Below are positions 27,860 to 38,543 of a stretch of DNA of 64,000 nt, in pieces. Below the pieces are notes generated by a model. The model was not told where the DNA came from. It saw only the letters and a program-made list of their open reading frames with translations, and did no database searches. Both the position numbers and the translations under genes were made by a program. How positions within the stretch are numbered: the stretch's first letter is position 1; the number at the start of each line of letters is the position of its first letter. Source of the DNA: Acidobacteriota bacterium (GTDB lineage: Bacteria > Acidobacteriota > UBA6911 > RPQK01 > JAJDTT01); NCBI GenBank assembly GCA_965209055.1, contig OZ242374.1, positions 4,512,001 to 4,576,000 on the forward strand, in the 5' to 3' direction.

Positions 27860-30321
27860 TCGCGACTCTCCTGCTGGCCGCGTCCACTCTCACGGTTTCC
27901 GGAGCCGGTCCGCTGGCGCTGATCCCATCCGACATCACGCTTGAGGGACAGGATGCGACACAGCGGCTCATCCTGATCCAGCGGACGCCCCAACGCGGCT
28001 CCGAGGCCGACATGACCCCGGAAGCGGCTTTTACCTCTTCTTCTCCCGGCGTCGTCCGAGTGGACGCTCAAGGGGTGGTGCGGGCGGTGGGCGACGGAGA
28101 GGCCCGAATCACCGCCCGGCTGCCCGACGGCCGCCAGACATCCGTCCTTGTCCAGGTAAAATCGGCCGGCCAACCGCCGCGCCGGGACTTTCGGAACCAG
28201 GTCCGCTCGGTCATGACCAAGTCGGGTTGCAACTCGGGACCCTGCCACGGCGCGGGAGCGGGACAGAACTTCTTCAAGCTCTCGCTGAGAGGCTATTCCC
28301 TGCAGGAGGACTTCCGAGCCCTGACCCGGGAAGCCGGGGGCCGCAGAATCTCCCGCCGGGAGCCGTCGCGGAGCCTGGTACTGCTCAAACCCACCCTGGC
28401 CGTCTCCCACGGGGGCGGAAAGCTGCTGGAACCGGACTCCCTCGACTATCGAATCATGGCCGACTGGATCGCAGGCGGAGCCAAGGGTCCCGCTCCCGAC
28501 GATCCCAGGGTCGAGCGGTTGGAGGTCTACCCTTCGCAGGCGATGCTGCGGCCCGGGGTCCGGCACCGGCTGGTGGTCCGGGCGTTCTATTCCGACGGAC
28601 GGACCGAGGACGTCACCCGCTGGGGCAAGTACACCAGCAGCGACGCCTCCGTGGCCAAGGTTGGGCCGGATGGAATGGTGGAGACGTCGGGTCACGGCGA
28701 GGCCAACCTTTCAGTTTGGTACCTGGATCGGATCGCCACGGCGAGAGTTTCCGTTCCCTTTCCGGTCCGGCTTCCGGAGCAGGTCTTCCGCAAGGCGGCA
28801 CGCCACAACTTCATCGACGACCTGGTCCTGGAGAAGCTGAAACAGATGAGGATCCCCCCGTCGGAGCTCTGCACCGATTCGGAGTTTCTCCGGCGAGCCT
28901 ACCTGGACGCGGCGGGAATCCTGCCCAGCGGCGAAGTGGCGAAACGGTTCGCGGCCGATCCGGACCCTGGAAAACGACGCCGTCTTGTGGACGCGTTGCT
29001 GGAACGGTCCGAGTTCGTGGACCTCTGGGCCTACAAGTGGTCCGACCTCCTTCTCGTCTCCAGTTCCAAGCTCACTCCGGCCGCGACCCGCACCTTCCAT
29101 GGTTGGATTCGACAGGCGGTCGCCGAAAACAAGCCCTGGGACCGCTTCGTCCGGGAGATCATCACCGCCTCCGGAAGCAATTTGACCAACGGCGCCGCCA
29201 ACTACTATCTGCTTCACGACGGGCCCACCGTGCTGGCGGAGAACATGACCCTCACCTTCATGGGGATCGCCATCAACTGCGCCCGTTGCCACAACCACCC
29301 TTTGGACAAATGGTCGCAGGACGACTACTACCACCTCTCCAGCTTCTTTTCCCGAGTCGGCCGCAAGAACGACCTGGGCTACGGTTTTACCGACAATCCC
29401 AACTCTTTGAAGGAGACCACCATATTCACCGCCAGCCGCGGCGAGGTGATCCACCCACTCCTGGGCCGGCCCCTGCCTCCCCGCCCTCTGGAGTCGGCGG
29501 AGACGATCAGCGACCGGCCGGGGAGAGACCGGCGCCTCCCTCTCGCCCAGTGGCTCACATCGGGCGAGAATCGCTACTTCGTCCGTGCGGTCGTGAACCG
29601 CGTCTGGCATCACTTCATGGGCCGGGGCCTCGTCCATCCCGCCGACGACATGCGGGAAACCAATGTGGCCTCCAACCCGCGCCTCCTGGACGCCCTGGGG
29701 CGCGAGTTCGTGCGGAGCGGATTCGATCTCAAGTCTCTGATCCGAACCATAGTGAACTCGGCCGCCTACCAGAGGAGCTCCCGGCCCCAGGAAAACAGCC
29801 ATGACCGGAAGTATTACTCCCACTATCTGATCCGGAGACTCCCCGCCGAGGTCCTGCTGGACGTGGTGTCCCAGGCCCTGGGGGTGCCCGAGAGCTTCGC
29901 CGGGCATCCTGAGGGCGTCCGGGCCCTCCAACTGCCCGACTCCCGTGTGAGCTCCTATGCCCTGACCCTCTTCGGACGCCCTTCCAGAGAAATCAACGCC
30001 TACTCGGAGCGGGTCCGAAGCTCCACGGTTCCCCAGGTCCTGCACCTCCTCAACGGGGAGCTCCTGAGCGCCAAGCTCCGCTCCCCCGAAGGAAACCTTC
30101 AGCGGATGCTCGACCAGGGGTTCACGGATCGGGAGATCGTCCGCCGGATCTTCTGGAGTTCGCTTTCCCGGCCGCCGTCCCCGAGCGAAGAGGCGGAGGT
30201 CCTGGAAATGTTCGGTCCGGATGGAGGCTCGGCCTCCTCCGGTGATCGGGTCCGCCGGGAACTCCTGGAGGATTTCTGGGCGGGCGTGATGATGAGCAAG
30301 GAATTCCTCTTCAATCACTGA
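27856..30321 (+). CDS. Ig-like + DUF1549 + DUF1553 (PSD1-type) protein
   Basis: ATGA overlap with upstream gene; GCNSGPCHG; NFIDDLV..FLRRAYLD; NCARCHNHP; VNRVWHHFMGRGLV; C-term EFLFNH. Confidence 0.9.
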   Translation: MIATLLLAASTLTVSGAGPLALIPSDITLEGQDATQRLILIQRTPQRGSEADMTPEAAFTSSSPGVVRVDAQGVVRAVGDGEARITARLPDGRQTSVLVQVKSAGQPPRRDFRNQVRSVMTKSGCNSGPCHGAGAGQNFFKLSLRGYSLQEDFRALTREAGGRRISRREPSRSLVLLKPTLAVSHGGGKLLEPDSLDYRIMADWIAGGAKGPAPDDPRVERLEVYPSQAMLRPGVRHRLVVRAFYSDGRTEDVTRWGKYTSSDASVAKVGPDGMVETSGHGEANLSVWYLDRIATARVSVPFPVRLPEQVFRKAARHNFIDDLVLEKLKQMRIPPSELCTDSEFLRRAYLDAAGILPSGEVAKRFAADPDPGKRRRLVDALLERSEFVDLWAYKWSDLLLVSSSKLTPAATRTFHGWIRQAVAENKPWDRFVREIITASGSNLTNGAANYYLLHDGPTVLAENMTLTFMGIAINCARCHNHPLDKWSQDDYYHLSSFFSRVGRKNDLGYGFTDNPNSLKETTIFTASRGEVIHPLLGRPLPPRPLESAETISDRPGRDRRLPLAQWLTSGENRYFVRAVVNRVWHHFMGRGLVHPADDMRETNVASNPRLLDALGREFVRSGFDLKSLIRTIVNSAAYQRSSRPQENSHDRKYYSHYLIRRLPAEVLLDVVSQALGVPESFAGHPEGVRALQLPDSRVSSYALTLFGRPSREINAYSERVRSSTVPQVLHLLNGELLSAKLRSPEGNLQRMLDQGFTDREIVRRIFWSSLSRPPSPSEEAEVLEMFGPDGGSASSGDRVRRELLEDFWAGVMMSKEFLFNH

Positions 30322-32711
30322 TGCGCGCGATACTCGGCACTCCGATCCTCATCCTTCTCGGAACCCTTTCGTGGGGCATGGCCACGACCTACTATCCTTT
30401 TGTTCCGGTGATCTACTTCGCCGACCCGACTGGAGCCCAGGCCGGATCCACAGTTGAAGTAAATTTGGAGGGAATACATCTCAAAGGATCGGAAAATATA
30501 GTTTTTAACTCCTCGAACATTTCGGCGAGCATCCTCGAGGGATGGGACGGTCCCAACGGGCGGTTCCAGACCCCGTTGGAGCGGCTGCGCCTGGAAGTCG
30601 AAATTCACGCGGAAACGCCTCCCGCCATCTACGGATTGCGAGTCAAGACCCGGCACGGAGCCAGCAACTGGATTCCCTTCGCCGTCGGGCGGTTCCCCGA
30701 GATCCGCGAGTCCGACGGCAACCACACCGTTTCCGAAGCCCAATCCGTCACCCTTCCCGTGACGGTGAACGGCCGGATCGCCAAGGGAGGAGAGGAAGAC
30801 TACTTCCAATTGGATGGGCGCCAGGGTGAGGAGCTGGTGGTCCAACTACAAGCCCACCCCTTGGGGTCCCGGATGGACGCGGCTCTCACGCTCATGGGAC
30901 CGGATGGGCGCGTCCTGGCCACCAGCAACAATGCCTCTCCACGAAACCTCGACGCCATGCTGGGAATGCGTCTGCCCCGATCAGGCCGCTACACCGTCCG
31001 GGTCACCGATTTCACCGGCGGTGGCGGCTCGCGACGCTTCTACCGCCTGACCTTGGGCGCAGTACCCTATGTGACCCACCTGTTTCCCGCGGGCGTGCGC
31101 CGGGGTGAAGAGGTGGAAGCGCGGCTGGAGGGCTTCAATCTGGGAGGTCAGACCCGGATCCGGCTCCGCGGGGATCGACCACCCCGGGAGGACGGCTTTC
31201 GGGACCTGACAATCCGCACGGCCCACGGACCGTCCCTCAACCCCGTCCGGATCGCCGTGGGGAACCATGACGAGACCCTGGAGTCGGAGCACAACGACGA
31301 CCCGGAGACGGCCCAGCCGGTCTCCGTTCCCATCACCGTCAACGGCCGGATCGATTCGTCGCAGGACGTTGACGTCTTCCGGTTTCCGGCTCGCCGGGGG
31401 AGGCCTCTGGCCTTGGAGGTGGCGGCTCAGCGGCTCGATTCTCCGCTGGATTCCCAAATCGAAATCCTGGACCTCCAGGGAGGTTCCCTGCCCCGGGCCC
31501 GGCTCAGGACCGTCTTCGAAGGAAGCCACCTGGAACCCCTGGCGTCCCGTTCCCTGCAACTGCAGCGGTTCGACCTGGCCAACGGAACGGCGTTTCGGGG
31601 AGGAGACTTCGTCCTCCTGAGCGAGCGTGAGCTGGTCCGCCTGGAAGAGGGGCTCCGCCACTCGGACGATTTCTCCCTGGCCCAGGGCCTCATGGGACAG
31701 CGGTTGGCCTGGTTGGGAACCAGCCCCCAGAACCATCCCAAGAACTACAACGCCCGAAAGGTGGAAATCCTCCCTCCCGAGGCTCCGGCCCCGGGAGATT
31801 CCTCCATCCTGACCCTCTTCTATCGAAACGACGACGGTGGTCCCGTCTACGGCAAGGACTCGTATCTACTGTTCGACCCTCCGGCGGACGGAGAATACCT
31901 GGTTCGCCTGCGGGATCTGAGCGGTTCGGGAGGACTCCGGCATACCTACCGCCTCACGGTCCGCCCCGCCAGACCCGATTTCCGCCTCTACCTGGACGAC
32001 GGCTTCATGCAACAGCGGGACTTGAGGGGAGCAGGCGCCAGGAGCCCCAACGTCCCCCGGGACGGGAGCGTTCCTCTGGTGGTGTCGGCACTGCGGATGG
32101 ACGGGTTCCGGGATGAAATCCGGATCGAAGCCCTGGATCTGCCGCCCGGCGTCGGGTCCGAACCGGGAGCCATTCGCCGGGACGAGTTCCACACGACGCT
32201 GGTTTTCACCGCGGACGCTTCAGCGCCTCCGGCACCACCGGATCACAGGCTCAAGATCCAAGGGCGCGCCCGAATCGGAGGTGTGGAGAGAATCCACGCG
32301 GCGGTGGACCCGGACAGTGGGCTGAACCTGGTCACCGTGGTCCCTCCCCCCACCATCCGGCCTCTCGTCGAACCGGAACACCTGGTCCTGAAGCGGGGGT
32401 CCCAGGGCCGCCTCCATGTCCGGATCGCCTGTCCGGATGACTTTGCTCATGAGGTGGGTATCGAAGTGAAAAATCGCCCCCCCGGCCTGTTCGTCGACGG
32501 TCGGTCCACCAATGCGGGTCTGGTCATCAGCAAGGGCGAACACTCCCGCATCCTGAATATTCTGGCGGAGGAATCGCTGGAGCCCATGACCGTGCCCATC
32601 TACGTCGTCACCCGGCACCGCAGCGAACGCACCGAGAAGATGCGAGGATTGGGAATCCTGGAAGAGTCGGTCGACTACGCCTCCCACCCTGTCCTGGTGA
32701 CCATCGAATAG
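30321..32711 (+). CDS. Pre-peptidase C-terminal (PPC) repeat protein
   Basis: ESDGNH..AQSVTLPVTVNGRI..DYF and ESEHNDD..AQPVSVPITVNGRI..DVF; usual partner of DUF1501/DUF1553 genes. Confidence 0.82.
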   Translation: MRAILGTPILILLGTLSWGMATTYYPFVPVIYFADPTGAQAGSTVEVNLEGIHLKGSENIVFNSSNISASILEGWDGPNGRFQTPLERLRLEVEIHAETPPAIYGLRVKTRHGASNWIPFAVGRFPEIRESDGNHTVSEAQSVTLPVTVNGRIAKGGEEDYFQLDGRQGEELVVQLQAHPLGSRMDAALTLMGPDGRVLATSNNASPRNLDAMLGMRLPRSGRYTVRVTDFTGGGGSRRFYRLTLGAVPYVTHLFPAGVRRGEEVEARLEGFNLGGQTRIRLRGDRPPREDGFRDLTIRTAHGPSLNPVRIAVGNHDETLESEHNDDPETAQPVSVPITVNGRIDSSQDVDVFRFPARRGRPLALEVAAQRLDSPLDSQIEILDLQGGSLPRARLRTVFEGSHLEPLASRSLQLQRFDLANGTAFRGGDFVLLSERELVRLEEGLRHSDDFSLAQGLMGQRLAWLGTSPQNHPKNYNARKVEILPPEAPAPGDSSILTLFYRNDDGGPVYGKDSYLLFDPPADGEYLVRLRDLSGSGGLRHTYRLTVRPARPDFRLYLDDGFMQQRDLRGAGARSPNVPRDGSVPLVVSALRMDGFRDEIRIEALDLPPGVGSEPGAIRRDEFHTTLVFTADASAPPAPPDHRLKIQGRARIGGVERIHAAVDPDSGLNLVTVVPPPTIRPLVEPEHLVLKRGSQGRLHVRIACPDDFAHEVGIEVKNRPPGLFVDGRSTNAGLVISKGEHSRILNILAEESLEPMTVPIYVVTRHRSERTEKMRGLGILEESVDYASHPVLVTIE

Positions 32712-32717
32712 GGCGGT

Positions 32718-32739
32718 TTCCCCTCCGCAGGAAGGGGAA
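32718..32739. terminator. Hairpin between convergent genes
   Basis: TTCCCCT-N8-AGGGGAA between the stops at 32711 and 32751; no U-tract. Confidence 0.35.
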
Positions 32740-32750
32740 GGCGGATCCAA

Positions 32751-34268
32751 CTATCGCGAATCCGCCTGAATCGGATCCCGCTCGACGTATGCGCGCCGCA
32801 ACTTCCGGAGAGCGGAGGCCTCGATCTGCCGGATTCGCTCCCGCGTCAGGGAGAAAACGCGCCCGATCTGCTCCAGCGTATGCTCCCGGCCTTCTTCAAT
32901 CCCGAACCTCAGGCGCAGCACTCGCTCCTCCCGGGAATCCAGGTTCTTGAGGATGCCTGAAGTCTCATCCGCCAGGCTCAGACGCAGGAACTCATCGGAC
33001 GGAGACTCGCTGCTGCAGTCCTCGAGGATATCCTGCAGCTTACCCTCCTCGTCACGGCCGATGGGGGCTTCCAGGGACACCGGTTTTCGCGCGATTTCCA
33101 GGATGCGCTGGACCCGGTCCGCCGGTAGTCCCACGGCTCCGGCGAGCTCTTCCGTACTTGGCTTGCGGCCATAGATCCGGGTCCACTCGCGTGCCGTTCG
33201 GACGGACTTGTAGACGACTTCGGAGATGTGGACGGGAAGTCGAATGGTTCTCCCCTTCTCGGAGATGGATCTTTGGATCGCCTGCCGGATCCACCAGTGG
33301 GCGTAGGTGGAGAACTTGAAGCCCAGACGGTAGTTGAAGCGGTCGACCGCCTTCATCAGGCCGATGTTCCCCTCCTGGATCAGATCCAGGAAAGCAAGCC
33401 CGCGGCCCCGGTATTTCTTGGCCACGGACACGACCAGCCGCAGGTTCGACTGCACCAGCTCCTGCTTGGCATCGGTCGCCCGGGCCTCCGCGTCGCAGAT
33501 GCGGCCGAAGGTTCGGCGCGCCTGTTCCCGGGTCACGCACTGGGACTGCTCCCACCGCTCCAGTTCGCTGCATACCTGCCGATATCTGCCCTGGTCCTCC
33601 GCCGCGGGACTCTCCCGGAGCCGCTCGCTCGTGTTGACCAGGTCCAGCATCGGTTCCAGAGAGGCCTTGAGCGACTTGAGCAGGCGGTCTCGTGCTTCCT
33701 CCTTCAGACCCAGAGTGCGAATCCGCCCGGCGATGGCGCGGCGGACGCGAGCCAATCCCAGCAGTTCCCGGAAGCCGGGCTCGCCCTCCTGCACAACCTG
33801 CCGCCATCGGCGCCAGAGCCGCCGGGCGCGTTGGTCCAAACGGGCGATGGCCCCCAGTTGGATCCGGAACCACTCCCCCGCCTTGACCCCGGAGGTAGCC
33901 TTGGCATCCGGGCGGGCGATCTCCCGAATCCGCATCTCTCCGACCTGCAGCCGCGGCCCCCAGGAAATCAGTTCTCCGACGGCCAGCGGACAACGGTAAA
34001 GACTATCAGCGAGCCGCTCCCTTCCTTTTGCCAACCGGCTGGCGATCTCGGTCTCCTGCCTGGCCGTCAACAGAGGGATCGATCCCATCTCCTTGAGGTA
34101 GGCAAAGATGGTGTCGTCCCCGTGGCTTCCCCGGTTCGCATCCGACGCCGTCCCCGGGACTTCGTCCTGACCCCATGGATTCGAGCCGGTATTCCGTCGC
34201 CAAACAGAGCCCGCGCTCCCGTAGCCGCCACGATTCGCGCCAAATCTCGATTTCATCATATCGGTCAC
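32751..34268 (-). CDS. RpoD/RpoS-type sigma-70 factor
   Basis: [12 protein letters not shown] (1.2); [43 protein letters not shown] (region 2); [15 protein letters not shown] (4.2). Confidence 0.95.
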   Translation of the reverse strand: MTDMMKSRFGANRGGYGSAGSVWRRNTGSNPWGQDEVPGTASDANRGSHGDDTIFAYLKEMGSIPLLTARQETEIASRLAKGRERLADSLYRCPLAVGELISWGPRLQVGEMRIREIARPDAKATSGVKAGEWFRIQLGAIARLDQRARRLWRRWRQVVQEGEPGFRELLGLARVRRAIAGRIRTLGLKEEARDRLLKSLKASLEPMLDLVNTSERLRESPAAEDQGRYRQVCSELERWEQSQCVTREQARRTFGRICDAEARATDAKQELVQSNLRLVVSVAKKYRGRGLAFLDLIQEGNIGLMKAVDRFNYRLGFKFSTYAHWWIRQAIQRSISEKGRTIRLPVHISEVVYKSVRTAREWTRIYGRKPSTEELAGAVGLPADRVQRILEIARKPVSLEAPIGRDEEGKLQDILEDCSSESPSDEFLRLSLADETSGILKNLDSREERVLRLRFGIEEGREHTLEQIGRVFSLTRERIRQIEASALRKLRRAYVERDPIQADSR

Positions 34269-34335
34269 CTGCCTTGAATGACGTCCTGTGTAGTAGACGG
34301 ATTCTCGGCAGAAAAGGTTTCGTTTCGATGGAGAA

Positions 34336-34384
34336 GGAGCGGTGACTTTCTTGTCGCCGAGGAGCGGCGACTTTCCTGTCGCCG
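34336..34384. repeat. Tandem pair of REP-like palindromes
   Basis: GGAGCGGTGACTTTCTTGTCGCCG (34336-34359) and GGAGCGGCGACTTTCCTGTCGCCG (34361-34384). Confidence 0.78.
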
Positions 34385-34522
34385 GAAGGGGATTATCGCG
34401 GACGGCAGTCCCCCTTTACGGCTTCCGCCCTCGACGCTTCCCGGACGCCAAATCGCGCAACAACAGAGAATACGGGCGGACAGGCACGTCCCCCCACCCG
34501 GTCACCGGGATTTCGCCCCTCT

Positions 34523-34876
34523 CTACAGGAGCAGCCAGACGGCAGCCGCCGTCCCTGCAATGGCGGAACCGTAACAGAGGACCGAAATGGGCGTCTTGAC
34601 GGCTCCGCCTCCCAGGTCGATCAGGATGTGCCGGAGACGGTGGGCCGCGTGAAAGAGAGGCAATGAAATGACAACCAGCAGGTAGAGCCGAACCAACGGG
34701 TTCTCCAGGAGTTCCCGAACCCGTTCGTAGGAAAGCGTCTCGATTGGAATCCAGCCCAGGCCGATGCCCAAGCCGGTCACCAGGATGTGGACCGGGACCA
34801 GGAAGGCCGCCACCGTGCCGCCCGCCGAAAAGAGTCCCCACCAGATGGGGTCGGTTGTCTTGAGCCGGACCCCCAT
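34523..34876 (-). CDS. frdD: Fumarate reductase membrane anchor subunit D
   Basis: DPIWWGLFSAGG; LPLFHAAHRLRH; CYGSA; operon position. Confidence 0.88.
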   Translation of the reverse strand: MGVRLKTTDPIWWGLFSAGGTVAAFLVPVHILVTGLGIGLGWIPIETLSYERVRELLENPLVRLYLLVVISLPLFHAAHRLRHILIDLGGGAVKTPISVLCYGSAIAGTAAAVWLLL

Positions 34877-34877
34877 C

Positions 34878-35282
34878 TCAGTTCACCACCAGGTACCAGA
34901 GGACCCCGGAAAGCAGGATCCAGACCAAATAATTCCCCGCCAGCACCAACTTGGCAGGGATCACCTTGCGGCCCATCCGAACCACCATCACGATGGGGGT
35001 CAGGTGGATCCAGGTCACCGTGTGAAGCAGGCAGAACGCCAGGGACACTCCCAGGAAGACGAGGACGGCCGGGTGGTGGAGCATGGCCAGGTACGCCTCA
35101 TAGCTGTCCTTCCCTTGGGACAGCCGGTACAGGCCCCCCAGGTAACTGAGCGCGTAGAGCGCTACGAACACCGCCGACAGCTCCCGGAGCATGAACAGAA
35201 AATACCGTCCGTTGCTCAGCCACCAGAGGGACGACCGCCGGGGCTGATGGCGGGGCGGACCTGGTGCCGGAGTCACGCTCAC
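34878..35282 (-). CDS. frdC: Fumarate reductase membrane anchor subunit C
   Basis: WWLSNGRYFLFMLRELSAVF; LLHTVTWIHLTP; GTG start overlapping the frdB stop. Confidence 0.86.
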   Translation of the reverse strand: MSVTPAPGPPRHQPRRSSLWWLSNGRYFLFMLRELSAVFVALYALSYLGGLYRLSQGKDSYEAYLAMLHHPAVLVFLGVSLAFCLLHTVTWIHLTPIVMVVRMGRKVIPAKLVLAGNYLVWILLSGVLWYLVVN

Positions 35283-36016
35283 GATTTCCCCCAGGGCCAG
35301 AGCAACCCAAGGATATGGTCCTTGGTCAACTGCACCTTGGAACGCTGAATCGCCGCCGCCGGGTCCACATGCTTGGGGCACACCACGGAGCACTCGCCGA
35401 CAAAGGAGCATTCCCAGATCCCCTCGTGGCTTCCGATGACCTCGGCCCGCTGGTCCTGGCCCTCCTCCCTGGAATCCATGTCATACCGGTGCGCCAAAGC
35501 GATGGCGGCAGGTCCGATGAAGCTCTTGTCAGCCGCGTAGACCGGGCAGGCCGCGTAGCAGAGACCGCAATTGATGCACATGCTGAACTGCCGAAAGAGC
35601 TGCAACTCCTCGGGAGACTGGAGATACTCCCCCTCTTCAACCGGCTTTTCCTGCTTACGAATCATCCAGGGCTTCACCGCCCGGAGCTTGTCCATGAAAT
35701 CGTCCATCTCGATGACCAGATCCCGGACCACCGGGAAATGGTCCATGGGACCCACCTGCACGCCCTGCGGATAGTCCTTCAGGAAGACAGCGCAGGTCAG
35801 CTTGGGAACTCCGTTGACCGTCATGCCGCAGCTTCCGCACACCCCCATGCGGCAGGACCAACGGTAGCTCAGGCTCCCGTCGACATGGTCCTTGATGTAG
35901 TTGAGGCCGTCCAGGACCACCATCTCATCGTCGTAGGGGATGGTGTAGGTCTGCTCGTACGGGGCGGGACTATTCTCCGGATCGTACCGGGTTACGGTGA
36001 TGTCGATGGTCTTCAT
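35279..36016 (-). CDS. frdB: Fumarate reductase iron-sulfur subunit
   Basis: SCRMGVCGSC..C; CINCGLCYAAC; CSFVGECSVVCPK. Confidence 0.92.
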   Translation of the reverse strand: MKTIDITVTRYDPENSPAPYEQTYTIPYDDEMVVLDGLNYIKDHVDGSLSYRWSCRMGVCGSCGMTVNGVPKLTCAVFLKDYPQGVQVGPMDHFPVVRDLVIEMDDFMDKLRAVKPWMIRKQEKPVEEGEYLQSPEELQLFRQFSMCINCGLCYAACPVYAADKSFIGPAAIALAHRYDMDSREEGQDQRAEVIGSHEGIWECSFVGECSVVCPKHVDPAAAIQRSKVQLTKDHILGLLWPWGKS

Positions 36017-36036
36017 GCCGGAATCTCGCTCCTGGC

Positions 36037-37746
36037 TCAATATTTCCGCTCCTCGGGCGCCCAACGGGTGATGGGCACCGGCTGGGTCTCCAACCTTGGA
36101 CCTTCCTCGGAGATGAGGGACAGTTGGTGATGCAGGAACCGCTCGTCGTCGCGCTCGGGAAAGTCGACCCTGGCCTGAGCCCCGCGTGACTCCTCGCGAG
36201 TCAAGGCGGCGCCGGCAATGCAGCGGGCCACGTCCAGCATGAAGTCCAGCTCCAGGGCCGCCACCAGGTCGGTGTTGAAGACCTTGCCCCGGTCGTCGAT
36301 GCGCACGTTGGCGAATCGCTCTCTCAACTCCGCCAGCTCCCTGGTGGTCTCCAGCAGGCTCTCCCGGGTGCGGAAGACCCCGCAACCCTTTTCCATGGCC
36401 GTCTGCATCTCGCCCCGCAGACCGCTGATGCGCTCGGTCCCGTCTTGCCGACGGAGGAATCCCTGCTCGATCCGCTGTTCCTCCTTGCGGGCCGCCGCCC
36501 GGACCCGGCTCGGATCGACGAGGCCGGTGGACTGGGCGTGGCGGGCAGCCGCCTCGCCGGCGAATCCGCCGAAGACCAGGCATTCGGTCAGGGAATTCGA
36601 CCCCAGACGATTGGCGCCGTTGATGGTGACACAGGCGACTTCGCCGGCCGCGTAGAGGCCTGGCAGGGGTGTGCTCCCATCGTTTCCGGTACTCACGCCT
36701 CCCATCATATAGTGCACCACCGGCCGGACCGGAATGGGTTGATAGACCGGGTCGATCCCCACGTACTTGGACGCCAGCTCCCGGACGAAGGGAAGCTTCT
36801 CGTCGATGACCTTTTCACCCAGATGGGTGAGATCGAGATGGACGTACTCGCCGTGTCGGCCTTCAAAGGTCCGGCCCGCCTGGCGCTCGGAGATGATGGC
36901 GCGAGAGAGGATGTCCCTGGGTCCCAGTTCCATCTTCCCGGGGATATAGCGCTCCAGGAACCTCTCGCCCTCGCTGTTGAAGAGATATCCTCCTTCGCCG
37001 CGCGAGGCTTCCGTGATCAGGATCCCGGTCCCGGGCAGGCCTGTGGGATGGTATTGGACGAACTCCATGTCCTTCAACGGCGCTCCCGCCCGGTAGGCCA
37101 TGGCCATCCCGTCGCCGGTCTTGATGTTGCCGTTGGTGGTGAAGGGGAAGATCCGGCCGCCTCCGCCGGTGCAGAGCATGACGGACCTGGCCAGGATAGG
37201 TTGGATCCGTCCGGTGGCCAGATCCAAGCCGGTCACCCCCACGCATTCGCCGTCGTCCACCAGCAGAGACGTGACGAACCACTCGTCGTACCGGCGGATC
37301 CTGGCAAAACGCAGCGAGTGCTGGAAGAGGCTGTGGAGCATGTGGAACCCGGTCTTGTCCGAGGCGAACACGGTCCGCTTGACGCTCATGCCCCCGAACG
37401 CCCGAACGCTGATGCGCCCGTCCCGGTCCCGGCTCCACGGACAGCCCCAGTGCTCCAGTTGAAGGACCTCTTTCGGAGCGGTGTCCACGAAAAGCTCCAC
37501 GGCGTCCTGGTCCGCCAGGTAGTCGCTTCCGCGAATCGTGTCGAAGCAATGCAGGTCGTGGCTGTCGTAATCGCGCAGCACGGCCGCCGTGCCGCCCTCG
37601 GCCGACACGGTATGGCTGCGCATGGGGTAGACCTTGGAGACCACGACGATGTCCAGGTCCGGCTGGATCTCGACCGCCGCCACCGCCGCCCGCAGCCCGG
37701 CCGCCCCGCCACCCACGATCAGAAGATCACACTTCAATGCGTCCAT
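36037..37746 (-). CDS. frdA: Fumarate reductase flavoprotein subunit
   Basis: GGGAAG; [10 protein letters not shown]; QYHPTG; [10 protein letters not shown]; VHYMMGG; [10 protein letters not shown]. Confidence 0.92.
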   Translation of the reverse strand: MDALKCDLLIVGGGAAGLRAAVAAVEIQPDLDIVVVSKVYPMRSHTVSAEGGTAAVLRDYDSHDLHCFDTIRGSDYLADQDAVELFVDTAPKEVLQLEHWGCPWSRDRDGRISVRAFGGMSVKRTVFASDKTGFHMLHSLFQHSLRFARIRRYDEWFVTSLLVDDGECVGVTGLDLATGRIQPILARSVMLCTGGGGRIFPFTTNGNIKTGDGMAMAYRAGAPLKDMEFVQYHPTGLPGTGILITEASRGEGGYLFNSEGERFLERYIPGKMELGPRDILSRAIISERQAGRTFEGRHGEYVHLDLTHLGEKVIDEKLPFVRELASKYVGIDPVYQPIPVRPVVHYMMGGVSTGNDGSTPLPGLYAAGEVACVTINGANRLGSNSLTECLVFGGFAGEAAARHAQSTGLVDPSRVRAAARKEEQRIEQGFLRRQDGTERISGLRGEMQTAMEKGCGVFRTRESLLETTRELAELRERFANVRIDDRGKVFNTDLVAALELDFMLDVARCIAGAALTREESRGAQARVDFPERDDERFLHHQLSLISEEGPRLETQPVPITRWAPEERKY

Positions 37747-37804
37747 ATTCGGGCGCGAATCTTGCCACATTTCGCGGGCCGAATTCAAGGCGCGGATGAG
37801 GATG

Positions 37805-37883
37805 GGAGCGGCGGTTTCCTAACCGACGAACTCCTGTGTGACAACTTGGCGACGCAGACCGGGCGATTGGAAATCGCCCTTCC
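37805..37883. repeat. Inverted pair of REP-like palindromes
   Basis: GGAGCGGCGGTTTCCTAACCGACG (37805-37828) and CGGGCGATTGGAAATCGCCCTTCC (37860-37883), nearly identical to 26443-26467. Confidence 0.72.
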
Positions 37884-37955
37884 GTACAGTATCTTTCGAC
37901 CACGACCAGGTGAACTGGTTGGAACGAGAGGCGGCGTTGCGGATGGAAGGAAACG

Positions 37956-38378
37956 ATGAGTCTTCTCCATCTTATGGACATCTTCTTCCTCCTCTTCCAC
38001 TCCCTCTGGATCCTCCTGGTGATCCTGGGTTGGATCTGGTCCCGGACCCGCCGCCTGTGCCTGGCGGCGCTGGCGCTGACCACGATTTCGTGGTTCGGAT
38101 TCGGCTACTGGCGGGGGTGGGGCTACTGCATCTGCACCGACTGGCACTGGCAGGTGCGGCGGTCGCTGGGTGACCTCAACCTGCCCCACAACTACATCGG
38201 CTTTCTGATCAGGGAAGGGACCGGTCTGGAGGTCCCGGATCCGGTTCTGGAACCGGTCATCCTGGGCGCCTTCCTGGCGTCCGTAGCCGGGGGCGTTGGT
38301 CTCAGCCTGCGGGACCGCTCCCTGAAAGCCGGCACCGAAGACGGCGACAAGAACGTCGCCGCTTGTCTGTTTAAATAA
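37956..38378 (+). CDS. DUF2784-like membrane protein; C-terminus altered by the IS110 insertion
   Basis: FFLLFHSL..SWFGFGYWRGWGYCICTDWHWQVR; the current stop lies inside the IS left end. Confidence 0.78.
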   Translation: MSLLHLMDIFFLLFHSLWILLVILGWIWSRTRRLCLAALALTTISWFGFGYWRGWGYCICTDWHWQVRRSLGDLNLPHNYIGFLIREGTGLEVPDPVLEPVILGAFLASVAGGVGLSLRDRSLKAGTEDGDKNVAACLFK

Positions 38379-38379
38379 G

Positions 38380-38543
38380 TCTGCCCGGGCCGCTCATGAG
38401 CGGCCCGGGCGGCGGTGGCTGGACCGTGTCGCCGCTGACCGTTAGATCCGGATGTGGAGTAAGGTCGGCCACCGTCTTTCCCGATGTCCTGAATGGATAC
38501 GAGGGCATCAAGGCCCGAATGACAAGCACAGGAGACCGGAAAG
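38380..38543 (+). ncRNA. IS110 bridge (seek) RNA
   Basis: 5' hairpin 38383-38410; target-binding stem 38411-38425/38463-38476 holding GTCGCCGCT and GGAG; donor-binding stem 38476-38491/38529-38543 holding ATGGATAC and GACAAG. Confidence 0.85.

Noticed and set aside
34336-34384. Tandem 24-bp palindromes as a mini-CRISPR
   Set aside because: They are separated by 1 bp with no spacers and match the dispersed REP-like family.
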